64,000 nucleotides of DNA from Narcine bancroftii (lineage: Eukaryota), in contig NC_091473.1 of NCBI RefSeq assembly GCF_036971445.1, forward strand, positions 204,414,001 through 204,478,000. Direction: 5' to 3'. How positions within the stretch are numbered: position 1 is the stretch's first letter; each line of letters begins with the position of its first letter. Both the position numbers and the translations under genes were made by a program. Under the pieces are notes generated by a model. It saw nothing but the letters and a program-made list of their open reading frames with translations. It ran no database searches and had not been told where the DNA came from. Of the stretch, positions 50,342 to 62,900 are shown in pieces.

Positions 50342-50503
50342 GCCAAGGGCTTTGAGCTGTGCTACCTGGAGCGGGTGCCTGGGGTACGGGACACGGTGAA
50401 CAAGAAGCCACTGCTCCATCACGCCTGCTCCATCATCATCCAGAATTTCCCTGACACCACCGACTTGTTCTCTGAGATCACCGGACTTACTCGCTCAGCC
50501 AAG
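50342..50503 (+). CDS. FHOD-family formin FH2 exon E; the gene continues beyond the window
   Basis: AKGFELCYLERVPGVRDTVNKKPLLHH...DLFSEITGLTRSAK; phase 0-0. Confidence 0.92.
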
Positions 50504-50521
50504 GTAGCCCCAGGGCAGCCA

Positions 50522-50792
50522 TCCCATCTCTCCCTGGAATCGACCCATCTCCCCCTGGAATCGACCCATCTCCCCCCTGGAATCGACCCATCTCCCCCCT
50601 GGAATCGACCCATCTCCCCCCTGGAATCGACCCATCACCCCCTGGAATCGACCCATCTCCCCCTGGAATCGACCCATCTCCCCCTGGAATCGACCCATCT
50701 CCCCCTGGAATTGACCCATCTCCCCCTGGAATTGACCCATCTCCCCCTGCACCCGACCCATCTCCCCCTGCACCCGACCCATCTCCCCCTGC
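50522..50792 (+). repeat. 21-22-bp tandem repeat (cccatctccccctggaatcga) x ~12
   Basis: Directly visible after the exon E donor. Confidence 0.93.
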
Positions 50793-50820
50793 ACCACAAC
50801 TGTTGAAACTATAATTCTTT

Positions 50821-53800
50821 TTTTTTAAATTTTTTTATTTTTCACACCATAAATCACGTTAGCCATGATATACACTTTTTCTTTTTCACACATATACAGT
50901 GACTTTTTCTCCGCCCCCCTCCCTCCTCCCAAGCCACCCCCCCACCCCCCCCTCTCATCCATTTTAGGTATACAATCTAGGTTGCATTAAGCCAGTCAGA
51001 CAATGTTGTCATTCAACAAAAATACACCAGAAATTCTACTGAGTCCATTCTTTTCTTTTCTTCTCCTTCCATCAACTTAGGTAATGTTTGTTCCCGGTAG
51101 GTTTTCGCTATTGTATTTAATGTAAGGCTCCCATACTTGTTCGAATATTTCAATATTATTTCTTAAACTATATGTTATTTTTTCTAATGGGATACATTTA
51201 TTCATTTCTATATACCATTGTTGTATTTTCAAATTATCTTCCAATTTCCAGGTTGACATAATACATTTTTTTGCTACGGCTAGGGCTATCTTAACAAATC
51301 TTTTTTGTGCATCCTCCAAGTCAATTCCAAATTCTTTATTTTTTATGTTACTTAGGAGAAAGATCTCTGGATTCTTTGGTATATTATTTTCTGTTATTTT
51401 ACTTAATATCTGATTGAGATCATCCCAAAATTTTTCTACTCTCTCACATGTCCAGATTGCATGAATTGTTGTTCCCCTTTCTTTTTTACATCGAAAACAT
51501 CTATCAGATACTATTGGGTCCCATTTATTTAACTTTTGCAGTGTAATGTATAGTCTGTGTAACCAATTATATTGTATCATACGCAGCCTCGTATTTATTG
51601 TATTTCTCATCGTTCCAGAACATAATTTCTCCCATGTTTCCTTTTTTTTATCTTTATATTTAAATCTTGTTCCCATTTTTGTTTAGTTTTACCATTTGTT
51701 TCCTCATTCTCCTTTTCTTGCAGTTTAATATACATATTTGTTATAAATTTTCTGATTAACATTGTATCTGTAATCACATATTCAAGGTTACTTCCCTCTG
51801 GTAAACTCAAATTGCTTCCTAATTTATCTTTCAAGTAGGATCTCAGTTAGTAATATGCCAGCGCTGTATCTCCAGTTATATTGTACTTATCTCTCATTTG
51901 TTCAAAGGATAAGAATCTACTTCCTGAAAAACAATTTTCTATTCTTTTAATCCCTTTTTTTCCCCATTTTCTAAAGGAAAGGTTGTCTATTGTAAAAGGG
52001 AGTAGCTTATTTTGCGTCAATATTAGTTTTGGTAATTGATAATTTGTTTTATTTCTTTCTACATGAATCTTCTTCCATATATTGAGGAGATGGTGTAATA
52101 CTGGAGAAGTTCTATGTTGTACCAATTTTTCGTCCCATTTATATAATATGTGTTCAGGTATCTTTTCCCCTATTTTATCTAATTCTAATCTCGTCCAGTC
52201 TGGTTTTTCCCTTGTTTGATAAAAATCTGATAGGTACCTTAATTGTGCGGCTCTATAATAATTTTTGAAGTTTGGCAATTGTAAGCCTCCTTGTTTATAC
52301 CATTCTGTTAATTTATCTAGTGTTATCCTCGGTTTCCCCCCTCTCCATAAAAATTTCCTTATTATTTTCTTTAACTCTTTGAAGAATTTTTCTGTCAGTT
52401 GTATTGGCAATGGCTGAAATAAGTATAGTATCCTTGGAAAAATGTTCATTTTAATACAGTTTATCCTTCCTATCAGTGTTAGTGGTAGCTCTTTCCAATG
52501 CTCTAAATCGTCCTGTAATTTTTTCATTAGTGGATTGTAATTGAGTTTATATAATTGGCCTAGATTTTTGTTTATTTGTACACCTAGGTATCTTATTGCC
52601 TGCATTTGCCATCTGAATGGGGATTCCTTCTTAAATTTTGAGAAATCTGCGTTATTCATAGGCATTGCTTCACTTTCATTTACGTTTATCTTGTATCCCG
52701 ACACTTCTCCATATTTCTTCAATTTCTTGTATAGTTCTTTTATTGATAGTTCTGGTTCTGTTAAGTACACTATCACATCATCCGCAAATAGACTGATTTT
52801 ATATTCCCTGTCTTTTATTTTTATTCCTTTTATATTATTATCTATTCTTATCAGTTCTGCTAGTGGTTCTATAGCTAGCGCAAACAATAATGGTGATAGT
52901 GGGCATCCCTGCCGCGTTGACCTGCTTAAGTTAAATTGCTTTGATACATGTCCATTTACAGTCACTTTCGCTAACGGTCCCTTATATAATGCTTTAATCC
53001 AATTAATATACTTCTCCGGTAAACTGAATTTTTGCAATACTTTGAACAAATAATTCCATTCTACTCTGTCGAAGGCCTTCTCTGCGTCTAAAGCAACTGC
53101 TACTGCAGGTGCTTTATTTCCTTCTACTGCATGAATTAAGTTAATAAATTTACAAATATTGTCTGTTGTGCGTCTTTTTTTGATAAATCCAGTTTGGTCT
53201 AAATTTACCATTTTCGGTACCTGTTCTGCTAATCTGTTTGCTAATAGTTTAGCTATTATCTTATAATCTGTGTTTAGCAAAGATATTGGTCTATATGACG
53301 CTGGTGAGAGTGGATCTTTCCCTTGTTTTAGTATCACTGTAATTATTGCTGTTTTACATGAATCTGGTAAGTTTTGTGTCTCATCAATCTGGTTGATTAC
53401 ATCCAGGAGGGGCGGTATTAATAGGTCTTTAAATGTTTTGTAGAATTCTATTGGGAGTCCATCCTCTCCTGGTGTCTTATTATTTGGTAATTTTTTTATT
53501 ATCTCTTGTATTTCTACTGTTCCTAATGGTTCTGTTAATTTATTTTGTTCCTCTATTTGTAGTTTTGGTAGTTCAATTTTAGTCAAAAATTCATCTATTT
53601 TCCCTTCTTTCCCTTCGTTTTCAGTTCGGTATAATTGTTCATAGAATTCTCTGAAGTTTTCCTTAATTTCTTTTGGATTATATGTAATTTGTTTGTCTTT
53701 TTTCCTTGTTGCCAATACCATTTTCTTAGTTTGCTCTGTCTTAAGCTGCCATGCTAAGATTTTGTGTGTTTTTTCACCTAGTTCATAATATTTCTGTTTT

Positions 53801-56723
53801 GTCTTCATTATATTCTTCTCCACCTTATATGTTTGTAATGTTTCATATTTTATTTTTTTATCCGCCAATTCTCTTCTTTTGGTTGTATCTTCCTTCATTG
53901 CTAATTTTTTTTCTATGTTTACTATTTCCCTTTCCAACTGCTCTGTTTTCTGATTATAGTCCTTCTTCATCTTGGTTACATAACTTATTATTTGCCCTCT
54001 AATGAATGCTTTCATTGCGTCCCATAGTATAAACTTATCTTCCACTGATTCCGTATTTACTTCAAAATACATTTTTAATTGTTTTTCAATAAATTCTCTA
54101 AAATCCTGTATTTTAAGTAGCATGGGGTTTAATCTCCATCTATACATTCTTGGAGGGATGTCCTCTAGTTTTACTGTCAGTATTAAGGGTGAATGGTCCG
54201 ATAGCATTCTCGCTTTATATTCTGTTTTTCTTACTCTATCCTGCATACTAGCTGATAACAAAAATAGGTCTATTCTTGAGTATGTTTTATGTCTAGTCGA
54301 GTAGTATGAGTATTCCTTTTCTTTTGGGTTTTGTTTCCTCCATATGTCCACAAGTTTCATTTCTTGCATTGATTTAATTATAAATTTGGTTACTTTGTTC
54401 TTCCTGTTAATTTTTTTCCCCGTTTTATCCATATTTGGATCCAAATTCAGATTGAAATCCCCTCCTATTAGTATGTTCCCTTGCGTATTAGCTACCTTCA
54501 AAAAGATATCTTGGATAAACTTTTGATCTTCTTCGTTAGGTGAATATATATTAAGTAGATTCCAAAGCTCCGAATATATCTGACATTTTATCATAACATA
54601 TCTCCCTGCTGGATCTATTATTTCCTCTTCTATTTTAAATGGCACATTTTTGCTATTTAATATAGCCACTCCTCTTGCTTTTGAATTATACGATGCTGCT
54701 GTTACATGTCCTTCCCAATCTCTCTTTAATTTCTTGTGCTCCAATTCAGTTAAGTGTGTTTCTTGGACAAATGCTATATCTATTTTTACCTTTTTCAGTA
54801 AATTTAGTAGTTTCTTCCTTTTAATTTGGTTATGTATTCCATTAATATTTAAAGTCATATAGTTCAGCGTAGCCATTTTATATTTTGTTTATCTTCTCTT
54901 TCCGTTTTTCCATCATTACCTTTCCTCCTTTTCCATTTCTGTTTTCTTATTTTCAACTCTTTACAAGACAACATTCCTACAACATCCAACATTTTCCTTA
55001 TTCTCCTATTTCTATCTTCTTTATCCCCAATCTCCCCTTCCCCTCCTGAGTTGTCCTTTATCCCTTGTCGGACAACCACATCTCCCCTCTCCATTTGGAT
55101 TTGCGAATCCACTCGCAAGCGTCAACTGATTTTGCGGTGACCGTTCTTTTCCCCCACCCAGCCCCCCCCAGAAAAGATTTCACTTTTCATATGTCACAAA
55201 GGTCACTCTTTTAATTCCCTCCTTATTCTCTCTATTCCATTACCTTCCCTTATTAATTCTTGTCTATACTATCTATATTTTCCTCTAATTACAGATACTT
55301 TCACGTATGCACATTGTCTCTATTCACTCTTATACCTCTGTACCCGCATACATATCAATCGTGGTCATTTTTACCCTCATTACCCGTCTTCATCCCTCAG
55401 TCTATTTTTGTAATTGTTCTGCAAATTTTCGTGCTTCTTCTGGATCTGAGAATAGTCTGTTTTGTTGTCCTGGAATAAATATTTTCAATACCGCAGGATG
55501 CTTCAGTATAAATTTATACCCTTTCTTCCATAAAATCGCCTTTGCTGTATTGAACTCTTTTCTCTTCTTTAGGAGTTCAAAACTTATATCTGGATAAATG
55601 AAGATTTTTTGCCCTTTATACTCCAGTGGTTTGTTGCCCTCTCTTACTTTTTCCATTGTCTTCTCCAGTACCTTTTCTCTTGTAGTATATCTTAGGAATT
55701 TTACTACAATAGATCTTGGTTTTTGTTGTGGTTGTGGTTTAGAGGCCAATGCTCTATGTGCCCTTTCTATTTCCATTTCTTGCTGTAGTTCTGGACATCC
55801 TCGGGTCTTAGGGATCCACTCTTTTATAAACTCCCTCATATTCTTGCCTTCTTCATCTTCCTTAAGGCCCACTATCTTTATGTTATTTCTTCTGTTATAA
55901 TTTTCCATTATATCTATTTTTTGAGCTAGTAGTTCTTGTGTCTCTTTAGTTTTTTTATTAGATTCCTCCAATTTCTTTTTTAAGTCTTCTACCTCCATTT
56001 CTGCTGCTATTGCCCGTTCTTCCATCTTGTCCATTTTTTTCCCCATTTCTGTAAAGGTCATATCTATTTTGTTCACTTTCTCTTCTGTGTTGTTTATTCT
56101 TCTTCTTAAATAATTGAATTCCTGTGTTTGCCATTCTTTAAATGACTCCATGTATCCTCTAACAAGAGAAAGTATATCCTTTACCTTGCCTTTCCCTTCA
56201 TCTATTTCACTGTATTCTTCCTCTTCTTCTTCCTCTGGGTTGGCCATCTGTTGTTTCTTTGTTGCCCTTTCCTTCTCTTCTTTCTTGTTTCTATTGTCTT
56301 CTGTGGTCTCTTCTTGCTGCAGGTGTTCTGCAGCTGTCGTTGCCGGCTGTGGAGATCGACTCCCCAGCTGGTCCCCCCTCCCGTCGGTGTGTTTTTTTTC
56401 ATGCGCGGTTGCGCACTTTTACTCGGCTCTGTGAGCCATTGTTGTAGTTCTTTTTCTACTGACCTGAGGTAGCGGGCTCCTCTCTCCACAGCGGGCCTCT
56501 TCGGACAGGTAAGGCCTTCACCTTTTTCCTCCGTTGTCTTCTCTTCCTCTCTTCTTACCGTTGATTTTGATTTTTCTTCTTTTGTCTCCATCTTCTTTCC
56601 ACCTTTATACTCACTTTTCTTTAACTTTTGTTTCTGTGCCTTTGTATTTTCTCTTGTTTTTCCCGACTTTTCTGGAGAGGGCTGGAGTTCTCCGTCCGGC
56701 CACTACTCCATCACGTGACTCCC
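50821..56723 (-). mobile_element. Full-length young L1 LINE (antisense to the formin), near-intact, 16-bp TSD
   Basis: ORF1 55402-56247; ORF2 51847-54876 (1009 aa, APE + RT with RQGCPLSP and FADD), then a premature stop and a frameshift before the CCHC tail (51077-51834); TSD gaaactataattcttt at 50805-50820 and 56727-56742. Confidence 0.97.
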
Positions 56724-56949
56724 TGCGAAACTATAATTCTTTGATGTGACCATCACCTCTCTCCCTCTCATCATCCATTATTGCAACAGTCAAATCTGTC
56801 CATGCACCCTCTGGGACCCAACTCTCCCTCCAATGCAGTCATCTCACTGCCTCTTCCAGAGCAACTGAACATTGCTTCCCCAACACCAGAAGCGTTACAT
56901 CTCACCCTGTGCTCACAATGTCTCATTCCTCCTGACACCCCTTCGCCCA

Positions 56950-59900
56950 TGATGGGGCATTTACCCTCGCCCCTCTCCCCCGGTGGGGTGCTGACCCTTG
57001 CCCCTCTCCCCCAGTGGGGTGCTGACCCTCGCCCTTCTCCCCCGGTGGGGTGCTGACCCTCGCCCCTCTTCCCCGGTGGGGTGCTAACCCTCGCCCCTCT
57101 TCCCCGGTGGGGTGTTGACCCTCGGCTCTCTCCCCAGGTGGGGAGATGACCCTCGACCCACTCCCTCAGTGGGATGTTGACCCTTGCCCCTCTCCCCAGG
57201 TGGGATGTTCACCTTCACCCCTCTCCCCAGATGGGGTGCTGACCCTCGTCCCTCTCCCCAGGTGGGGTGTTGACCCTTGTCCCTCTCCCAAGGTGGGGTG
57301 TTGACCCTCGTCCCTCTCCCCAGGTGGGGTGTTGACCCACGTCCCTCTCCCCAGAAGCGGTCGACCACCCCTCTACCCAGCTGGGGTGTTGACCTTCGCC
57401 TCTCTCCCCCGTTGAGGTGTTGACCCTTGCCCTTCTCCCCTGGTGGGATGTTGACCTTTGCCCCTCTCCCCCGGTAGGATGTTGACCTTCTCCCCTCTCC
57501 CCCGGTGGGATGTTGACTGCCCCTCTCCCCAGGTGGGATGTTGATCTTTGCCCCTTTCCACAGGTGGGATGTTGACTTTCGCCCATCTCCCCAGGTGGGA
57601 TGTTGACCCTCGCCCCTCTCCACCGGTGGGATGTTGACCGCCCCTCTCCCCCAGTGGGATGTTGACCCTCGCCCCTCTCCCCCGGTGGGATGTTGACCCT
57701 CGCCCCTCTCCCCCGGTGGGATGTTGACCACCCCATTCCCTAGGTGGGGTGTTGACCCACGTCCCTCTCCCCCGGTGGGGTGTTGACCCTTGCCCCTCTC
57801 CCCAGGTGGGATGTTCACCTTCACCCCTCTCCCCAGATGGGGTGCTGACCCTCGTTCCTCTCCCCAGATGGGGTGCTGACCCTCGTTCCTCTCCCCAGGT
57901 GGGGTGTTGACCCTCGTCCCTCTCCCCCGGTGGGATGTTGACCACCCCACTCCCTAGGTGGGGTGTTGACCCACGTCCCTCTCCCCCGGTGGGGTGTTGA
58001 CCCTTGCCCCTCTCCCCAGGTGGGATGTTCACCTTCATCCCTCTCCCCAGATGGGGTGCAGACCCTCGTTCCTCTCCCCAGATGGGGTGCTGACCCTCGT
58101 TCCTCTCCCCAGGTGGGGTGTTGACCCTCGTCCCTCTCCCCCGGTGGGATGTTGACCACCCCACTCCCTAGGTGGGGTGTTGACCCTCGTCCCTCTCCCA
58201 AGATGGGGTGTTGACCACCCCTCTCCCCGGCTGTGGTGTTGACCTTTGCCTTTCTCCCCCGGTGGGCTGTTGACCCTTGCCCCTCTCCCCAGGTGGGATG
58301 TTGACCTTTGTCCCTTTCCACAGGTGGGATGTTGACCTTCGCCCCTCTCCCCCATTGAGGTGTTGACCCTCGCCCCTCTCCCTGGTGGGATGTTGAACTT
58401 TTCCCCTCTCCCCCGGTAGGATGTTGACCTTCTCCCCTCTCCCCCGGTGGGATGTTGACTGCCCCTCTCCCCCAGTGTGGTGTTGACCCTTGCCCCTCTC
58501 CCCAGGTGGGATGTTGACCTTTGCCCCTTTCCACAGGTGGGATGTTGACTTTCGCCCCTCTCCCCAGGTGGGATGTTGACCCTCGCCCCTCTCCACCGGT
58601 GGGATGTTGACCGCCCCTCTCCCCCAGTGGGATGTTGACCCTCGCCCCTCTCCCCCGGTGGGATGTTGACCCTCGCCCCTCTCTCCCGGTGGGATGTTGA
58701 CCACCCCACTCCCTCGGTGGGGTGTTGACCCTCGTCCCTCTCCCCCGGTGGGGTTTTGACCCTTGCCCCTCTTCCCAGGTGGGATGTTCACCTTCACGCC
58801 TCTCCCCAGATGGGGTGCTGACCCTCATTCCTCTCCGCAGGTGGGGTGTTGACCCTCGTCCCTCTCCCCCGGTGGGATGTTAACCTTCGGCGCTCTACCC
58901 CGGTGGGATGTTCACCCTCGCCCCACTACCAAGGTGGGATGTTGACCCTCGCCCCTATCCCTCGGTGGGATGTTGACCCTCACCCCTCTCCCCAGGTGGG
59001 ATGTTGACCCTCGCCCTTCTCCCCCGGTGGGATGTTGACCCTTGCCCCTCCCCCCAGGTGGGTTTTTGACCCTCGCCCCTCTCCCCCGGTGGGTTGTTGA
59101 CCCTCGCACCTCTCCCCCGGTGGGATGTTGACCCACGCCCCTCTCACCCGGTGGGATGTTGACCCTTGCCCCTCTCCCTAGGTGGGATGTTGACCGCCCC
59201 TCTCCCCCGGTGGGATGTTGACCCTCGCCCCTCTCCCCCGGTGGGGTGTTGACCCTTGCCCCTCTCCCCAGGTGGGATGTTCACCTTCACCCCTCTCCCC
59301 AGATGGGGTGCTGACCCTTTTTCCTCTTCCCCAGGTGGGGTGTTGACCCTTGTCCCTCTCCCCAGGTGGGGTGTTGACCCTCGTCTCTCTCCCCAGATGG
59401 GGTGTTGACCACCCCTCTCCCCGGCTGTGGTGTTGACCTTCGCCTCTCTCCCCCGGTGGGGTGTTGACACTTGCCCCTCTCCCCAGGTGGGATGTTGACC
59501 TTTGTCCCTTTCCACAGGTGGAATGTTGACCTTTGCCCCTCTCCCCCCGGTAGGATGTTGACCTTCTCCCCTCTCCCCCGGTGGGATGTTGACTGCCCCT
59601 CTCCCCAGCTGGGGTGTTGATCCTCGCCCCTCTCCCCCAGTGTGGTGTTGACCCTTGGCCCACTCCCCAGGTGGGATGTTGACCTTCGCCCCTCTCCCCC
59701 AGTGGGATGTTGACCACCCCACTCCCGAGGTGGGGTGTTGACCCTCGTGCCTCTCCCCCAGTTGGATGTTGACCCTCGTCCCTCTCCCCAGATGGGGTGT
59801 TGACCACCCCTCTCCCCGGCTGTGGGGTTTACCTTCGCCTCTCTCCCCCGGTGGGGTGTTGACCCTTACCCCTCTCCCCAGGTGGGTTGTTGAGCTTTGT

Positions 59901-62900
59901 CCCTTTCCACAGGTGGGATGTTGACCTTCGCCCCTCTCCCCAGATGGGATATGACCCTCGCCCCTCTCCCCCAGTGGGATGTTGACCGCCCCTCTCCCCC
60001 AGGTGGGATGTTGACCTTTGCCTCTCTCCCCCGGTAGGATGTTGACCTTCTCCCCTCTCCCCCGGTGGGATGTTGACTGCCCCTCTCCCCCAGTGTGGTG
60101 TTGACCCTTGCCCCTCTCCCCAGGTGGGATGTTGACCTTTGCCTCTTTCCACCGGTGGGATGTTGACCGCCCCTCTCCCCCAGTGGGATGTTGACCTTTG
60201 CCTCTCTCACCCAGTGGGATGTTGACCTTCTCCCCTCCCCCCCGGTGGGATGTTGACTGCCCCTCTCCCCCAGTGGGATGTTGACCCTCGCCCCTCTACC
60301 CCAGTGGGATGTTGTCCCTCGCCCCCCTCCCCCGGTGGTATGTTGACCACCCCACTCCCTAGGTGGGGTGTTAACCCTCTTCCTTCTCCCCCGGTGGGGT
60401 TTTGACCCTTGCCCCTCTCCCCAGGTGGGATGTTCACCTTCACCCCTCTCCCCAGATGGGGTGCTGACCCTCATTCCTCTCCCCAGGTGGGGTGTTGACC
60501 CTCGTCCCTCTCCCCCGGTGGGATGTTAACCCTCGGCGCTCTAACCCGGTGGGATGTTCACCCTTGCCCCACTACCCAGGTGGGATGTTGACCCTCGCCC
60601 CTATCCCTCGGTGGGATGTTGACCCTCACCCCTCTCCCCAGGTGGGATGTTGACCCTCGGCCCTCTTCCCCAGTGGGATGTTGACCCTCGCCCCTCTCCC
60701 TCGGTGGGCTGTTGACCCTCGTCCCTCTCCCCCGGTGGGATGTTGACCCTCCCCCTTCTCCCTCGGTGGGATGTTGACGCACCTCCCCCCAGGTGGGTTT
60801 TTGACCCTCGCCCCTGTCCCCCGGTGGGATGTTGACCCTCGCCCCTGTCCCCCGGTGGGATGTTGACCCTCGCACCTCTCCCCAGGTGGGATGTTGACCT
60901 TTGAACCTTTCCACAGGTGGGATGTTGACCTTCGCCCCTCTCCCCAGATGGGATGTTGACCACCCCACTCCCGAGGTGGGGTGTTGACCCTCGTCCCTGT
61001 CCCCTGGTGGGGTGTTGACCCTTACCCCTCTCCCCCGGTGGGATTTTGACCCTCGCCCCTCTCCCCTGGTGGGATGTTGACCTTTGCCCCTCTCACCGGT
61101 AGGATGTTGAACTTCTCCCCTCTCCCCCGGTGGGATGTTGACTGCCCCTCTCCCCCAGTGTGGTGTTGAACCTTGCCCCTCTCCCCAGGTGGGAGGTTGA
61201 CCTTTGCCTCTTTCCACCGGTGGGATGTTGACCGCCCCTCTCCCCCAGGTGGGATGTTGACCTTTGCCTCTCTCACCCAGTGGGATGTTGACCACCCCAC
61301 TCCCGAGGTGGGGTGTTGACCCTCGTCCCTCTCCCCCGGTGGGGTGTTGACCCTTGTCCCTCTCCCCAGTTGGGATGTTGACCCTCACCCCTCTCCCCGG
61401 TGGGATGTTGACACTCGTCCCTCTCCCCTGGTGGGATGTTGACCTTTGCCCCTCTCCCCCGGTAGGATGTTGACCTTCTCCCCTCTCCCCCGGTGGGATG
61501 TTGACTGCCCCTCTCCCCCAGTGTGGTGTTGACCCTTGCCCCTCTCCCCAGGTGGGATGTTGACCTTTGCCCTTTTCCACAGGTGGGATGTTGACCTTTG
61601 AACCCTCTCCCCCGGTAGTATGTTGACCTTCTCCCCTCTCCCCAGGTGGGATGTTGACTGCCCCTCTCCCCAGTGTGGTGTTGAACCTTGCCCCTCTCCC
61701 CAGGTGGGATGTTGGCCCTCGCCCCTCTCCACCGGTGGGATGTTGACCGCCCCTCTCCCCCAGTGGGATGTTGACCCTCGCCCCTCTACCCCAGTGGGAT
61801 GTTGTCCCTCGCCCCCCTCCCCCGGTGGGATGTTGACCACCCCACTCCCTAGGTGGGGTGTTGACCCTCTTCCTTCTCCCCCGGTGGGGTTTTGACCCTT
61901 GCCCCTCTCCCCAGGTGGGATGTTCACCTTCACCCCTCTCCCCAGATAGGGTGCTGACCCTCATTCCTCTCCCCAGGTGGGGTGTTGACCCTCGTCCCTC
62001 TCCCCCGGTGGGATGTTAACCCTCGGCGCTCTAACCCGGTGGGATGTTCACCCTTGCCCCACTACCCAGGTGGGATGTTGACCCTCGCCCCTATCCCTCG
62101 GTGGGATGTTGACCCTCACCCCTCTCCCCAGGTGGGATGTTGACCCTCGGCCCTCTTCCCCAGTGGGATGTTGACCCTCGCCCCTCTCCCTCGGTGGGCT
62201 GTTGACCCTCGTCCCTCTCCCCCAGTGGGATGTTGACCCTCCCCCTTCTCCCTCGGTGGGATGTTGACCCTTGCACCTCCCCCCAGGTGGGTTTTTGACC
62301 CTCGCCCCTGTCCCCCGGTGGGATGTTGACCCTCACACCTCTCCCCAGGTGGGATGTTGACCTTTGAACCTTTCCACAGGTGGGATGTTGACCTTCGCCC
62401 CTCTCCCCAGATGGGATGTTGACCACCCCACTCCCGAGGTGGGGTGTTGACCCTCGTCCCTGTCCCCTGGTGGGGTGTTGACCCTTACCCCTCTCCCCCG
62501 GTGGGATTTTGACCCTCGCCCCTCTCCCCTGGTGGGATGTTGACCTTTGCCCCTCTCACCGGTAGGATGTTGAACTTCTCCCCTCTCCCCCGGTGGGATG
62601 TTGACTGCCCCTCTCCCCCAGTGTGGTGTTGACCCTTGCCCCACTCCCCAGCTGGGATGTTGACCTTTGCCTCTCTCACCCAGTGGGATGTTGACCTTCT
62701 CCCGTCTCCCCCGGTGGGATGTTGACTGCCCCTCTCCCCCAGTGTGGTGTTGAACCTTGCCCCTCTCCCCAGGTGGGAGGTTGACCTTTGCCTCTTTCCA
62801 CCGGTGGGATGTTGACCGCCCCTCTCCCCCAGGTGGGATGTTGACCTTTGCCTCTCTCACCCAGTGGGATGTTGACCACCCCACTCCCGAGGTGGGGTGT

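Noticed and set aside
36663-50503. Assigning the symbol FHOD1 or FHOD3
   Set aside because: The family is clear, but orthology cannot be set without a phylogeny; synteny argues against both
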